Assembly (NCBI GenBank): GCA_963726255.1
Contig: CAVSBL010000002.1
Location: 1,760,001 to 1,824,000, forward strand
Direction of reading: 5' to 3'
From: Candidatus Bathyarchaeota archaeon
GTDB lineage: Archaea; Thermoproteota; Bathyarchaeia; 40CM-2-53-6
DNA: 64,000 bases
Position 1 is the first letter of the stretch; each line of letters starts with the position of its first letter. Both the position numbers and the translations under genes were made by a program. Below are positions 46,288-55,950 of this stretch, in pieces. The notes under the pieces were generated by a model. That model was not told where the DNA came from. It did not search any database and worked only from the letters and a program-made list of their open reading frames with translations.

Positions 46288-47214
46288 TTGATCGTAGCCC
46301 TAGCTGGAGGAGTAGGAGCAGCCAGATTCCTCGAAGGCTTGATTCGGGTAGTTCCGCAGAAAGAAATCACGATCATAGGTAACGTTGGAGACGACACAAA
46401 CATTTACGGCCTCCACGTATCCCCAGACTTGGACATCGTCACCTACACGCTCGCTGGCCTTGTCGACGCGCAGAAGGGGTGGGGTTTTCGTGGCGACACC
46501 TTTCACTGCCAAGCCCTACTTCGAAAGTATGGGTTCGAAACCTGGTTCAACCTCGGTGACCGAGACCTATCTACGCACATCTACCGCACGGAAGAACTTC
46601 GCCGGGGAAGACGGCTGTCGGAAGTAACAGCAGACTTGGTTTCACGTTTCGGTCTTCGAGTAAAACTGCTCCCTGCAAGCGACGACCCGCTCCAAACATA
46701 CGTTCGTTCCGGCGGGCGCCAAATGCACTTTCAAGAATACATGGTAAAACGAAAGACAAGGCCAACGGTTCAAGGAATCAGTTTCCGGGGGGCTGAATCC
46801 GCTCGGCCGGCAAAACACGTTACGGAATCAATTGGTAGAGCAAAAGGTATCGTTGTTTGCCCGAGTAACCCGATTGTTAGCATCGGCGCAATCCTAGCCG
46901 TTCGCAAGATCAAATCCGCACTGAAGAAGACCCGGGCAAAGGTTGTCGGGATCAGCCCAATCGTGGGCGGCAAAACTGTGAAAGGGCCAGCTGACAAACT
47001 GATGAAAGCGGTCGGGATTGAGGCGAGTGCATTTGGCGTAGCCAAGTGTTACAGCGACTTCTTAGACACGCTCATAATTGACCGCGTTGACAGGGCACTC
47101 GCACAGGATATTGAGGCTCTGGGAGTCAAACCGATCGTGATGAACACCCTGATGAGAGGATTGGCTGACAAGGTACGATTGGCAAGAGCCGTCAAAAGTG
47201 AATTCGAAGATTGA
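46288..47214 (+). CDS. cofD: 2-phospho-L-lactate transferase (F420 biosynthesis)
   Basis: LAGGVGAARF, NVGDD...GLHVSPDLD, WFNLGDRDL, HFQEY, PSNPIVSIG and KGPADKLM. Confidence 0.95.
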   Translation: MIVALAGGVGAARFLEGLIRVVPQKEITIIGNVGDDTNIYGLHVSPDLDIVTYTLAGLVDAQKGWGFRGDTFHCQALLRKYGFETWFNLGDRDLSTHIYRTEELRRGRRLSEVTADLVSRFGLRVKLLPASDDPLQTYVRSGGRQMHFQEYMVKRKTRPTVQGISFRGAESARPAKHVTESIGRAKGIVVCPSNPIVSIGAILAVRKIKSALKKTRAKVVGISPIVGGKTVKGPADKLMKAVGIEASAFGVAKCYSDFLDTLIIDRVDRALAQDIEALGVKPIVMNTLMRGLADKVRLARAVKSEFED

Positions 47215-47912
47215 AGAGACAGCCACGTCGAGGCGGACGCATACATGCGATAGTTCCTGTGAATGTTCTTAGGAAGTCCAAGGCTCGCCTTTCCCCACTA
47301 CTGAACCCTGTCGAGAGGGAGCAGTTAACTGTCGCAATGTTGAAGGACGTTCTCAGCGCCTTGAGAAAGGCGAAGAGGATTCATTCCGTAACAGTTGTGA
47401 GCGCCGATACGAGCGTGCGTAGAATTTGCAGGCGTTACGGGGCCAGTTTTCTATGGGAGGGGAAGCGGCGCGGCCTCAATAGGGGTGTCAAATTAGCTGT
47501 TAGTAATTCTGAACGAAGGGGCGCCTTGTCCGTCCTCGTGATTCATTCGGACCTTCCACTTCTCAAATCTTTGGAAATTGACATGTTCCTTAGGCGGTCC
47601 CAAGGGTACTCTGTGGCGCTCACCCCTTCCAAAGACCGCAACGGAACCAACGCCCTGCTCATGACTCCCCCCCATGTCATCCGCCCGGTTTTTGGGAGAG
47701 ACAGCTTCCGAAGGCACCTACGGCTTGCTAGGCAGAGGAACGTACGAAGCAAGGTGTTGCGGTTCAAGGGAATTGGCTTCGATGTTGACACGCCCCGTGA
47801 TCTCGTTCACTTAATGCATGTGCCGTTGCGAAATGAGTCAGGCCGATTCCTGCGGGCATTTCGCGAACGGGTCAGTGAATTACTGAGAGGTATTCAGGGC
47901 AAAGGAATTTAG
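47211..47912 (+). CDS. cofC: 2-phospho-L-lactate/phosphoenolpyruvate guanylyltransferase
   Basis: IVPV....KARLS..L...ER..L...ML.DVL, GLN, SDLPLL, GTNAL, FG.DSF..H and DVDTP.DL. Confidence 0.92.
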   Translation: MKRQPRRGGRIHAIVPVNVLRKSKARLSPLLNPVEREQLTVAMLKDVLSALRKAKRIHSVTVVSADTSVRRICRRYGASFLWEGKRRGLNRGVKLAVSNSERRGALSVLVIHSDLPLLKSLEIDMFLRRSQGYSVALTPSKDRNGTNALLMTPPHVIRPVFGRDSFRRHLRLARQRNVRSKVLRFKGIGFDVDTPRDLVHLMHVPLRNESGRFLRAFRERVSELLRGIQGKGI

Positions 47913-47937
47913 ATGCAGCTGGCTGTGCTTGGTTGGG

Positions 47938-49294
47938 GTGTTTGGTTTAACATCGCCTAAGGAAAGCCACGATAAAGTGCTGCAACTGCTTGAGCAGCAT
48001 CATAAGTGGTTTTCAGAATCGATTCCGTTGATCGCATCGGAGAACGTTCCCAGCCCCGCGGTTCGCGAAGCTATCGTTTCGGATTTCGGGAACCGTTACG
48101 CGGAATAGGCCTAAGCCGAGCTTAGGCCTCCGTAGGGATGGGTCGGGGAACGCATATACGCGGGCTGCGTATACATCGACCAGGTTGAGAGGCTCTGCAT
48201 AGACCTAGCAAAGGAACTATTCCACGCTGAATTCGCGGACGTTAGGCCCGTCTCTGGAGTTTGCGCAAACCTAGTGGTTTACACCACCTTCACAAACCCA
48301 GGCGACCGCATGCTCACTTTAGCCATACCGAACGGCGGCCACATCTCGAGTGGGCGGAAGGATTTCTCGGGAACTGCGGGCTCGGTCCACGGCTTGGAGG
48401 TAGAGTACTTTCCCTTTGACCGTCACGAAATGAACATCGACGTGGACAAGGCCAAAGCCAAGATCGAGAAGATGGCGAAGGAGGAAAACGAACCGCCCAA
48501 ACTTGGAATGTTCGGGGGAAGCCTCTTCCTCTTTCCGCAGCCTATCAAAGAGCTCGCCGAGTCATTACATAATGTTGGTGCAACCGTCGCCTATGATGCA
48601 GCGCATGTTGCCGGGCTCATTGCCGGAGGCATCTTCCAAGACCCGCTCAGGGAAGGCGCTGATGTAGTATGCCTGAGCACCCATAAGACGCTCTTCGGCC
48701 CGCAAGGAGGCGCGGTACTCTCCTTCGAAAAGTACGGAGCAAATCAAGAAGGCAACTTTTCCATCAAACACGAGCAACCACCACCTGCATCACCTAGCTG
48801 GAAAAGCGGTTGCTTTCGCGGAAATGTTAGAATTCGGAAAACAGTACGCTCGGCAAGTCGTGGCCAACGCCAAAGCCTTGGGCCAAGCGTTGCATGAACG
48901 GGGCTTTGCCCTACTGGGCGAGCACAAAGGTTTCACTGAGTCGCATCAAATCGCAGTTGACGTATCCAAGTTCGCTTTGGGCGGAGATATGGAAAGAGCA
49001 CTTGAAAGCGCCAACATAATCGTCAACCGCCAACTACTCCCCGGCGACATACAGGCCGGAAGGCACTACCAAAACCCAGGGGGCATACGCATCGGGACCT
49101 CGGAAATCACCCGCCTCGGGATGAAAGAAAACGAAATGGTGGAAGTAGCTGAGCTAATCAAACGAATCGTGATCGACAAGCAGGATCCAAAGAAAATCAA
49201 AGCCGACGTAACAGAGTTCAGAAAAGATTTCCAGAAGGTTCACTACTGCTTCGAAAACGCAAAGAAAGCCTACGAATACATCAGAATACGTTAG
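47938..49294 (+). CDS. glyA: Serine hydroxymethyltransferase, interrupted by a 30-nt putative intron and one frameshift
   Basis: LIASENVPS, NRYAE|GWVGERIYAGC, SGVCAN, GGHISS, YDAAHVAGLIAGG, STHKTLFGPQGG, FPSNTSNHHLH and GIRIGTSEITRLG. Frameshift at about 48736. Confidence 0.93.
48106..48135 (+). other. Putative bulge-helix-bulge mRNA intron in glyA
   Basis: TAGGCCTAAGCCGAGCTTAGGCCTCCGTAG carries three in-frame stops. It has a 10-bp inner stem, two 3-nt bulges and a 4-bp central helix; removal restores YAE-GW. Confidence 0.85.
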
Positions 49295-49310
49295 CCTATA
49301 GGGCTGGGGA

Positions 49311-50093
49311 TTACCAACGGATCATAAAGTCACCGTAATAACCGGCGCAAGCAGCGGCATAGGTGCCGCCTTGGCTAAGGAACTTGGCTCCAGAGGCCAC
49401 CGGTTGGTGCTCGCGGCCCGTCGAGAGAAGGAACTGAAAGAAGTAGCGTCCCATGCTGGGCCTGAAGCGGTGCCGATTGTTGTGGACGTTACCCGGCGGC
49501 AGGATGTCGAACGTTTGCGTGATGTTGCGATAGAGAAATTCGGTTACGTTGACGTTTGGGTGAACAATGCAGGCCGCGGCTCAGGGAAGACGGTTGTGGA
49601 GTTGACGGAGGAGGAATTGGATGAGATGATTGACGTTAACTTGAAATCTGTTTTCTACGGGATGAAGGCCATCGTCCCATATTTTGAGAAGAGGGGCGAG
49701 GGGCATCTGATCAACGTTTCATCCTTTCTCGGCAGGGTTCCTTTGGCAACGTACCGTTCCGCGTACAATGCGGCTAAGGCAGGCGCAAATTCCCTAACCG
49801 CCAATTTGCGTATGGACCTTAGGGCGAAGTATCCAAAGGTGCATGTTTCGCTGGTGTTGGCGGGGTTTGTCGATACTGACTTTCACAAAGTCGCCCGCAC
49901 ACCTTTCCCAGTGAAGGCGGGGGCCCGCGTTGGGGATGCGGTTGTTCAGTCAGCTGAAGAGGCCGCCAAGCAGATTGCTTCACTAATAGACCATCCAACC
50001 GCCGAACTCTACACAAACCCAGGCCTCAGAGATCTTACCCTACATTACTATCAAGACGTGGGCGCGTTCGAAGAAAAAATGGGCCAAAGATAG
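49311..50093 (+). CDS. Short-chain dehydrogenase/reductase
   Basis: VITGASSGIG (upstream of the ORF-track start), VNNAG, NVSS and YNAAK. No canonical start codon upstream of the Rossmann motif. Confidence 0.88.
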   Translation, partial: LPTDHKVTVITGASSGIGAALAKELGSRGHRLVLAARREKELKEVASHAGPEAVPIVVDVTRRQDVERLRDVAIEKFGYVDVWVNNAGRGSGKTVVELTEEELDEMIDVNLKSVFYGMKAIVPYFEKRGEGHLINVSSFLGRVPLATYRSAYNAAKAGANSLTANLRMDLRAKYPKVHVSLVLAGFVDTDFHKVARTPFPVKAGARVGDAVVQSAEEAAKQIASLIDHPTAELYTNPGLRDLTLHYYQDVGAFEEKMGQR

Positions 50094-50173
50094 TTCCTGA
50101 ATGTGTGGACTTCGCGGTGAGTACCGTCACGAAAAACTAAACCCAGACTACGCTAGAATCTTAGCCGGTATCG

Positions 50174-50737
50174 ATGCCAGTCCTACGCCCAGGGCAAATG
50201 TACAAAGAGGTTGTTCTTCGAGACGGCAGGAAGGCTATTCTGAGGGCTCCTGACTGGAATGACCTCGACGACTTCTTGCGTTTGATAAACGAGTTAGTAG
50301 ACGAACACGTCGACATTCTGAGAAGCAAGCATTCCTCACGGACTGAGGAGGCTGAATGGTTAGCGGAGCGGTTGGCCGCTATAGAGATGGGAAACGTAAT
50401 CGCCCTAGTCGCCGAAGTAAACGGAAAGGTCGTAGCGAGTTCAGACGTGGCCCAGAGGACTCCGCAGAACCCGGAACACAGCCACGTGGGAGTCCTAGGC
50501 ATCGTCGTTTTGAAGAATGCTAGGGGAGTTGGGCTCGGGAAAGTGCTGATGGGCTCCCTTCTTCAACTTGCCAAACAAGCGGGTTTGAAAATAATAATCT
50601 TAGACATGTTTGCAACCAACACGGATGCCAGACGCCTCTACGAAAGCGTTGGATTCGTCGAAGTCGGAAAGATACCGAAAGCCATCCACCGAGACGGCAA
50701 ATACATCGACCTCGTCCGATTCGCCATCGAACTCTAA
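50174..50737 (+). CDS. GNAT N-acetyltransferase
   Basis: HVGVLGIVV...ARGVGLG..L, N..A.RLYESVGF.E.G. Confidence 0.88.
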   Translation: MPVLRPGQMYKEVVLRDGRKAILRAPDWNDLDDFLRLINELVDEHVDILRSKHSSRTEEAEWLAERLAAIEMGNVIALVAEVNGKVVASSDVAQRTPQNPEHSHVGVLGIVVLKNARGVGLGKVLMGSLLQLAKQAGLKIIILDMFATNTDARRLYESVGFVEVGKIPKAIHRDGKYIDLVRFAIEL

Positions 50738-50772
50738 AACATACATATGGGCCTAATGGTGCGCGTCGTACT

Positions 50773-51663
50773 ATGAAACCAGCTAAACTATCCCTTACTG
50801 CAAGAATCGCTCGGCCATCTGATTATCGATTAGCCGCTCGCCTTTGTAGACGTGCCACTGGCCCAAGTGATTACGTGCTTTCGATTTTGAAAGCAGCCAT
50901 CGATAATCACGGCCTCTTTCTAGCTTGGAACGAAGGCCAACTTGTTGGAATGACTAATTTCGAAAAATGCATCGACGGAAGCGCCTGGTTGAGCATGGCT
51001 CGCACCGATCCCGAGTGGCGTCGCAGTGGTGTCGCCTTATTCCTCCAAAGGCAAATCGCTGCTCACGCGAAGCAGAGGGGAACTAGAACCCTCAGATTAT
51101 GGGTACTCTCCAAGAACAAACCGTCAATCAGAGCGTGCGTCAAAGGGGGTTTCAAGCCGGTTTGCGAAGCCGCCCACATCTCCTGTAGCATTCGGCGGAA
51201 ACCTTCGAAAACAAGAATCCCCCCAGTCAACGCAAGGTTAGACGCCTTCCCCAGATCTATCTGGAGATCCACATACCTATCCAAAATGAATGGTTACATT
51301 GCTTACAAGCGACATTTCCTTAAAGCGAGCAACGGCCTCCTCAAGCAGTTGCTGCAAGAAGAAGGGCTTTACACCATCGGCACATCTGCGTTCATTCTAA
51401 CTAAACCTGAAAGGAGATTCCATACGCTGACAAGCAGTTTGACGGTTCTGAACGGACCATTAGCCCCCTCGCTACGAACCGCTAGGGAGGTTGCTGGAGG
51501 ACTGGGTGCACGCAGGTTAGGGGCTTACGTCCCATACGACTCATACATGCTAAGAACGGCAAGAGAACTCGGTTTCAAAAGAGACGACTGGGGTAAGCAC
51601 TGCGTAGTCTTTGAGAAGTCGCTTCGAAACACGACCCGAGACCCGCCGCTAGGTGACAAGTGA
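50773..51663 (+). CDS. GNAT N-acetyltransferase (N-terminal GNAT domain)
   Basis: AWLSMARTDPEWRRSGVA...NKPS.....KGGF. Confidence 0.8.
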   Translation: MKPAKLSLTARIARPSDYRLAARLCRRATGPSDYVLSILKAAIDNHGLFLAWNEGQLVGMTNFEKCIDGSAWLSMARTDPEWRRSGVALFLQRQIAAHAKQRGTRTLRLWVLSKNKPSIRACVKGGFKPVCEAAHISCSIRRKPSKTRIPPVNARLDAFPRSIWRSTYLSKMNGYIAYKRHFLKASNGLLKQLLQEEGLYTIGTSAFILTKPERRFHTLTSSLTVLNGPLAPSLRTAREVAGGLGARRLGAYVPYDSYMLRTARELGFKRDDWGKHCVVFEKSLRNTTRDPPLGDK

Positions 51664-52274
51664 CACGAATGCCATCGACCCAGCACGCCCACAAACGTTT
51701 CCCTGAAAGATTGGCCTTCTTACTCAACAATCCAATAAGAAGAGCCACCAGCTCACCTGACGAAATTATTTCTAAACTCAACGTCAGCCACGACAACGTT
51801 GTAATGGATTTCGGCTGTGGCCCAGGCTTCTTCACAATTGCCCTCGCGAAAATCGCAGCCAAAACAATCGCGGTTGACGTATCAGCGGGAATGCTAGAGA
51901 AAACGGCGAACTATGCACGGAAGAATCGAGTTCACGTTGAGTTGTTGAAGAGCGACGGAACCATAATCGACCTGGCAGATGGCAGCGTGGACCTGATCTT
52001 TCTCTCCCATGTCTTCCACGAAGTTGAGGATAAGCCGAAAGTACTGAGTGAGTTCTCTAGAATCTTGAAACCGGCAGGCAGACTAGCGATAGTTGAGAAA
52101 ACTCAGCGTAACGGAAAATTCTCGGGCAGTTTTGGGCCACCTATTATCAAAGCGGGCGACGTCATTGACGAAACGACCCGCGCAGGCTTCAGGCCGATTC
52201 AAAGCATCCCTCACCATAAGGATACAATAATTATTGTTCAGAAGTTGCGAGCGGACGATGACAGTAACCAATAG
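51660..52274 (+). CDS. Class I SAM-dependent methyltransferase
   Basis: MDFGCGPGFFT, AVDVS..ML, SVDLIF..HVFHEV and RILKPAG. Confidence 0.9.
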   Translation: MTRMPSTQHAHKRFPERLAFLLNNPIRRATSSPDEIISKLNVSHDNVVMDFGCGPGFFTIALAKIAAKTIAVDVSAGMLEKTANYARKNRVHVELLKSDGTIIDLADGSVDLIFLSHVFHEVEDKPKVLSEFSRILKPAGRLAIVEKTQRNGKFSGSFGPPIIKAGDVIDETTRAGFRPIQSIPHHKDTIIIVQKLRADDDSNQ

Positions 52275-52335
52275 CCGCCGTCACGATCTTAGAATTGGCG
52301 GCCGCGGACGGAAACGGGTAGTCTTGGCTGCACCC

Positions 52336-52803
52336 CTATCTCTCTTTGACTTCGACCATAATTACTCTGTATGAGATGAATAGTTCCAAGGCCTGGTAGG
52401 CTACTCCGCATACCACGAGAAACATTCCCGCAGTGAAAGTGGCGTTGATCATGAGCTGCGTGAAGCTTGTTGGAACGGAGAAGTATCCCAACCCTATTGA
52501 AAACGAAGTGAGGACGAAGAATATGACCGCTAGCAGGTGGCACAGCATCCCATTTCTTACGTACTTCACCCGCGGCAAGAGTAAGCCTAACTGGTTGTCG
52601 ATGTTCTTTTCCCTCAGCTTTTCCGTTTTATCCAGCTTCCTTTGAAGCCGCCTTCTCTCATCGTTCAGCAACCTGATTCTGTTTACGAGGGAACTATGTC
52701 TGGCGTTGAATGTGAGGAGAAGCAAACCTACACCAGTAATCATAACCGCCGGGGCTAGAATTCCCTGAATCGCTTGTATCGTAGTAACAACATCACTAGC
52801 CAA
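52336..52803 (-). CDS. DUF2721 family membrane protein
   Basis: ILAPAVMITGVGLLLL....R......RIR.L pattern; TTG at 52803 is preferred over 52926. Confidence 0.8.
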   Translation of the reverse strand: MASDVVTTIQAIQGILAPAVMITGVGLLLLTFNARHSSLVNRIRLLNDERRRLQRKLDKTEKLREKNIDNQLGLLLPRVKYVRNGMLCHLLAVIFFVLTSFSIGLGYFSVPTSFTQLMINATFTAGMFLVVCGVAYQALELFISYRVIMVEVKER

Positions 52804-52971
52804 CTTTGACCCTAACCTGGGCTCGACCGCAGTCGTTGTCGTCGCCGTGGTTGCAGTATTATTCGTTGTGGTTATTACGAGGAAACGAAGTCGAGGTTTT
52901 GGTCGATTGCATATACTGACAAACATGCAAGATGATTCCCAACAACTTGAGCTTTCGCACTAAAGACTCAC

Positions 52972-53030
52972 CGATTTGAACCGTAAGCTCAGTTTGTGTG
53001 TGTGCGCGCACCAGTGGACCCACACACAAA
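52972..53030. repeat. Distant member of the TGTGGGTC..TGGTGCG / TTTGAAC repeat family
   Basis: Plus-strand ATTTGAACCG followed by minus-strand TTTGTGTGTGGGTCCACTGGTGCGCGC; same arrangement as 15518-15562. Confidence 0.65.
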
Positions 53031-53096
53031 TGAATCGCAAAGTGTAATTCTTAGTATTGTGTGAGATTAAGTTCAGATCCAAGGACATGAAATGAA

Positions 53097-54011
53097 ATGA
53101 AATCGGTACATGTCTTTCTTGTTACAACTGCGCTTCTCCTGTCAATCTCGCTGTTCAGCGCCGCGTTCGCTCAGCCCGCTCAGGTTTCGTACACAGTTAA
53201 CCTGAACTCGTTTAGTCTACAAGTAACCTACCCATCAGAAGTTATGCCCGGGGATACTGTTACCGTGACTGTTCAAGGTAGCCCGAAGAGTAACAGCATT
53301 TACCTACAGAGTCTAAGCGCCACAATCTATTACGCTGACGCGGCCGGCCTCCATCAGCTCGCATCCCAAAACCTCGTCAACAGCTCAGCAAACGCTTACG
53401 GGTATTACGGAGCTTCCACGACGGGAAGTTTCAGCAAGACCTTCACGGTGAACGTACCGCAAAATACACCGAGAACTTCACTCGTGGCAATATTCTCCGA
53501 AGCCGTCCAATCTAACAACTATTACTATTCCGACTACTGGCCATACTATGGCTCGTACTGGTACTACGGAAACCCATTCTTCTACGCCTACTACCCATCC
53601 TACAGCACTGTGACCGACCAAGCAATAGCACCCCTATCCTACATCAAGGCGACTACGCCCGAATACGTGGCTCTTCAGTCTGAATATCAGATGCTTCAGC
53701 AGCAACTCAACCAGACCCAAACTCAGAATCAGCAACTACAAACCACCATTACACAGCAGGGCGCTATGATTAGCCAGCTGAACCAGCAACTAACTTCCGC
53801 AAACACCACTGCGCAGACTTACCAGACGGTCGCGGCAGTCTTCGTCATCATAGCCGTGGCGTTGGCCGCATTCAGCATCTATGAGTTGAGAAGTAAGAGA
53901 AAACTCGCAACGCAGCCCAGCAATAGCGCCGCGACAGTGGCCTCAGCCAGAGCGGCGCCGTCACCTTCACGTCGCCCTCGGACTGGAAGCAAGACAGAGT
54001 CAACGCCGTAG
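53097..54011 (+). CDS. Secreted/surface protein with Tyr-rich segment, Gln-rich coiled coil and C-terminal TM
   Basis: Signal peptide (..AAFA), beta-rich domain, YYYSDYWPYYGSYWYYGNPFFYAYY, QQQLNQTQTQNQQLQ, then TM plus basic tail. Confidence 0.8.
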   Translation: MKSVHVFLVTTALLLSISLFSAAFAQPAQVSYTVNLNSFSLQVTYPSEVMPGDTVTVTVQGSPKSNSIYLQSLSATIYYADAAGLHQLASQNLVNSSANAYGYYGASTTGSFSKTFTVNVPQNTPRTSLVAIFSEAVQSNNYYYSDYWPYYGSYWYYGNPFFYAYYPSYSTVTDQAIAPLSYIKATTPEYVALQSEYQMLQQQLNQTQTQNQQLQTTITQQGAMISQLNQQLTSANTTAQTYQTVAAVFVIIAVALAAFSIYELRSKRKLATQPSNSAATVASARAAPSPSRRPRTGSKTESTP

Positions 54012-54122
54012 AGAACAAGTTCCTCAAGAATCCCTGACTTGAGCCCTTCTTCAAAACCAAGAGCGACGGATTGAAAAGGCTCCTAACGACGCTAGAACAC
54101 TCGGAGTCTTCTGCTATTGTGA

Positions 54123-54905
54123 TTGATGGTGATCTATGTGCGATTTGAGGGAAGGGTGGCAGTTGTTACGGGCGCTTCGAGAGGAATTGGGAGGACGACC
54201 GCCTTGGCTCTGGCGAGGGAAGGGTGCAACGTGGTCATTGGTTATGAGAAGAATCGAGAGAAGGCACGCGAGGTCGTTCAAGCCGCGAAAGAGTCAGGAG
54301 TGAGGGCCATTGCAGTCGCGTGCGATGTTTCGATCAGAAACGACGTTGAAACTATGTTTAAGACTACCGTGCAAGAGTTCGGAAAGGTCGACATACTTGT
54401 TAACAACGCTGGCATCGACTATGGTATCAAATTATTGGAGACAACTGACGAGGTCTGGGACAGGACGCTGGATGTTAACCTCAAGGGAGTATTCCTCTGT
54501 ACGCAAATTGCGGCTCGTTACATGATCCAGAGAAGATATGGGAAGGTCGTGAACATCGCGTCCAATTCAGGTTTCGGTATTGCGGTGTGGGGAGAGACGG
54601 CTTACGCCGCGTCCAAGGCAGGGGTCATACAGCTGACGAAGACAGCTGCATTTGAACTCGGCGAATATGGTATCAACGTAAACTGCGTGGCGCCAGGAAC
54701 AGTTAACACAGAGATGCTGAAGGGAAACATGACCGATCAAGAGTACGCTCAATTTCTTGACGCGAGGAAGAAGATAACCTCGCTAGGCTTTATCGCTGAA
54801 CCAGACGATGTCGCCAATGTGGTGCTTTTCTTTGCCAGCGACGAATCGCGATTCGTGACCGGAAAAACACTACTGGTCGATGGGGGAAGAAGAGACTTCC
54901 TATGA
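54123..54905 (+). CDS. SDR family oxidoreductase (FabG-like)
   Basis: [30 protein letters not shown] and VTG..L.VDGG. Confidence 0.92.
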   Translation: MMVIYVRFEGRVAVVTGASRGIGRTTALALAREGCNVVIGYEKNREKAREVVQAAKESGVRAIAVACDVSIRNDVETMFKTTVQEFGKVDILVNNAGIDYGIKLLETTDEVWDRTLDVNLKGVFLCTQIAARYMIQRRYGKVVNIASNSGFGIAVWGETAYAASKAGVIQLTKTAAFELGEYGINVNCVAPGTVNTEMLKGNMTDQEYAQFLDARKKITSLGFIAEPDDVANVVLFFASDESRFVTGKTLLVDGGRRDFL

Positions 54906-54969
54906 CTCGAATCATGGATCGAAACAGATCAGCTGGCCTTGTAATTGTTCCGCGTCAGCGGAGATCGAT

Positions 54970-55950
54970 ATGAAACCCAAAGTGTACGTAACGAGGCTCC
55001 TGCCCAAGCCGGCTATGGATAAGATTCATTCATTTTGCGAGGCAGAGGTATGGGAGGGCGAGCTTCCGCCACCGAGAGATACTCTCTTGGAAAAAGTTCG
55101 CGATGTGAAGGGTTTAGTCTCGCTTCTCACGGACAAAGTGGACGCCGAACTCATGAATGGAGCGCCCAACTTGAAAGTCGTTAGCAACTATGCAGTCGGC
55201 TTTGATAACATAGACGTGGCTGAGGCCACAAATCGGGGCATAATAGTCGGAAACACGCCCGGAGTTTTGACGGACACCACAGCAGACTTTGCTTTCACGC
55301 TCATGATGGCGGCCGCCAGAAGAGTGGCAGAGGCCGATAGAACGGTGCGGGCCGGAAAGTGGAAGACTTGGGGGCCAATGGTTCTCTTGGGTCAGGACAT
55401 TCATGGCGCGACGCTCGGTATCCTTGGACTGGGACGCATCGGTCAGGCGGTCGCTCGACGAGCAAAGGGCTTCGACATGAAACTACTATATTATGATGCC
55501 GTCAGACAAAAGCAGAGTGAGGAAGAGCTTGGTATTCAATTTGTGGAATTTGATAGGCTTCTGGCCGATTCGGATTTCATAACAATTCACATAAACCTCA
55601 CGCCGGAAAATTATCACCTCATGGGAGCCAAACAATTCGACAAGATGAAGAAAACGAGTATTCTAGTCAATACCGCGCGAGGCCAAATCGTTGATAACAT
55701 GGCATTGTATGAAGCGCTTCGCGACCGAAAAATAGCGTATGCGGCTCTAGATGTTACTGACCCTGAACCGCTACCAGCCGAACATCCGCTACTCACGCTT
55801 GATAACGTGATAGTTGTCCCTCACATCGCCAGCGCTTCGGTGGCAACAAGGACAAAGATGGCCCTGATGGCCGCCGACAACCTCATAGCAGGTTTAAAGG
55901 GCGAGACTCCTCCTAATCCTGTGAACCCCGAAGCTCTCAAGAAGGCCTAG
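54970..55950 (+). CDS. gyaR: Glyoxylate/hydroxypyruvate reductase (D-2-hydroxyacid dehydrogenase)
   Basis: [41 protein letters not shown] and PHIASA. Confidence 0.88.
   Translation: MKPKVYVTRLLPKPAMDKIHSFCEAEVWEGELPPPRDTLLEKVRDVKGLVSLLTDKVDAELMNGAPNLKVVSNYAVGFDNIDVAEATNRGIIVGNTPGVLTDTTADFAFTLMMAAARRVAEADRTVRAGKWKTWGPMVLLGQDIHGATLGILGLGRIGQAVARRAKGFDMKLLYYDAVRQKQSEEELGIQFVEFDRLLADSDFITIHINLTPENYHLMGAKQFDKMKKTSILVNTARGQIVDNMALYEALRDRKIAYAALDVTDPEPLPAEHPLLTLDNVIVVPHIASASVATRTKMALMAADNLIAGLKGETPPNPVNPEALKKA

Noticed and set aside
48106-48135. Pyrrolysine/selenocysteine readthrough, or a MITE with a TAG target duplication, in glyA
   Set aside because: Three stops including TAA plus 10 extra codons in a conserved motif exclude readthrough. 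A TAG duplication would imply an empty site with an in-frame stop.
48274-49294. Two separate genes (ORF-track 48274-48897 and 48824-49294)
   Set aside because: They are consecutive parts of one SHMT split by a frameshift.
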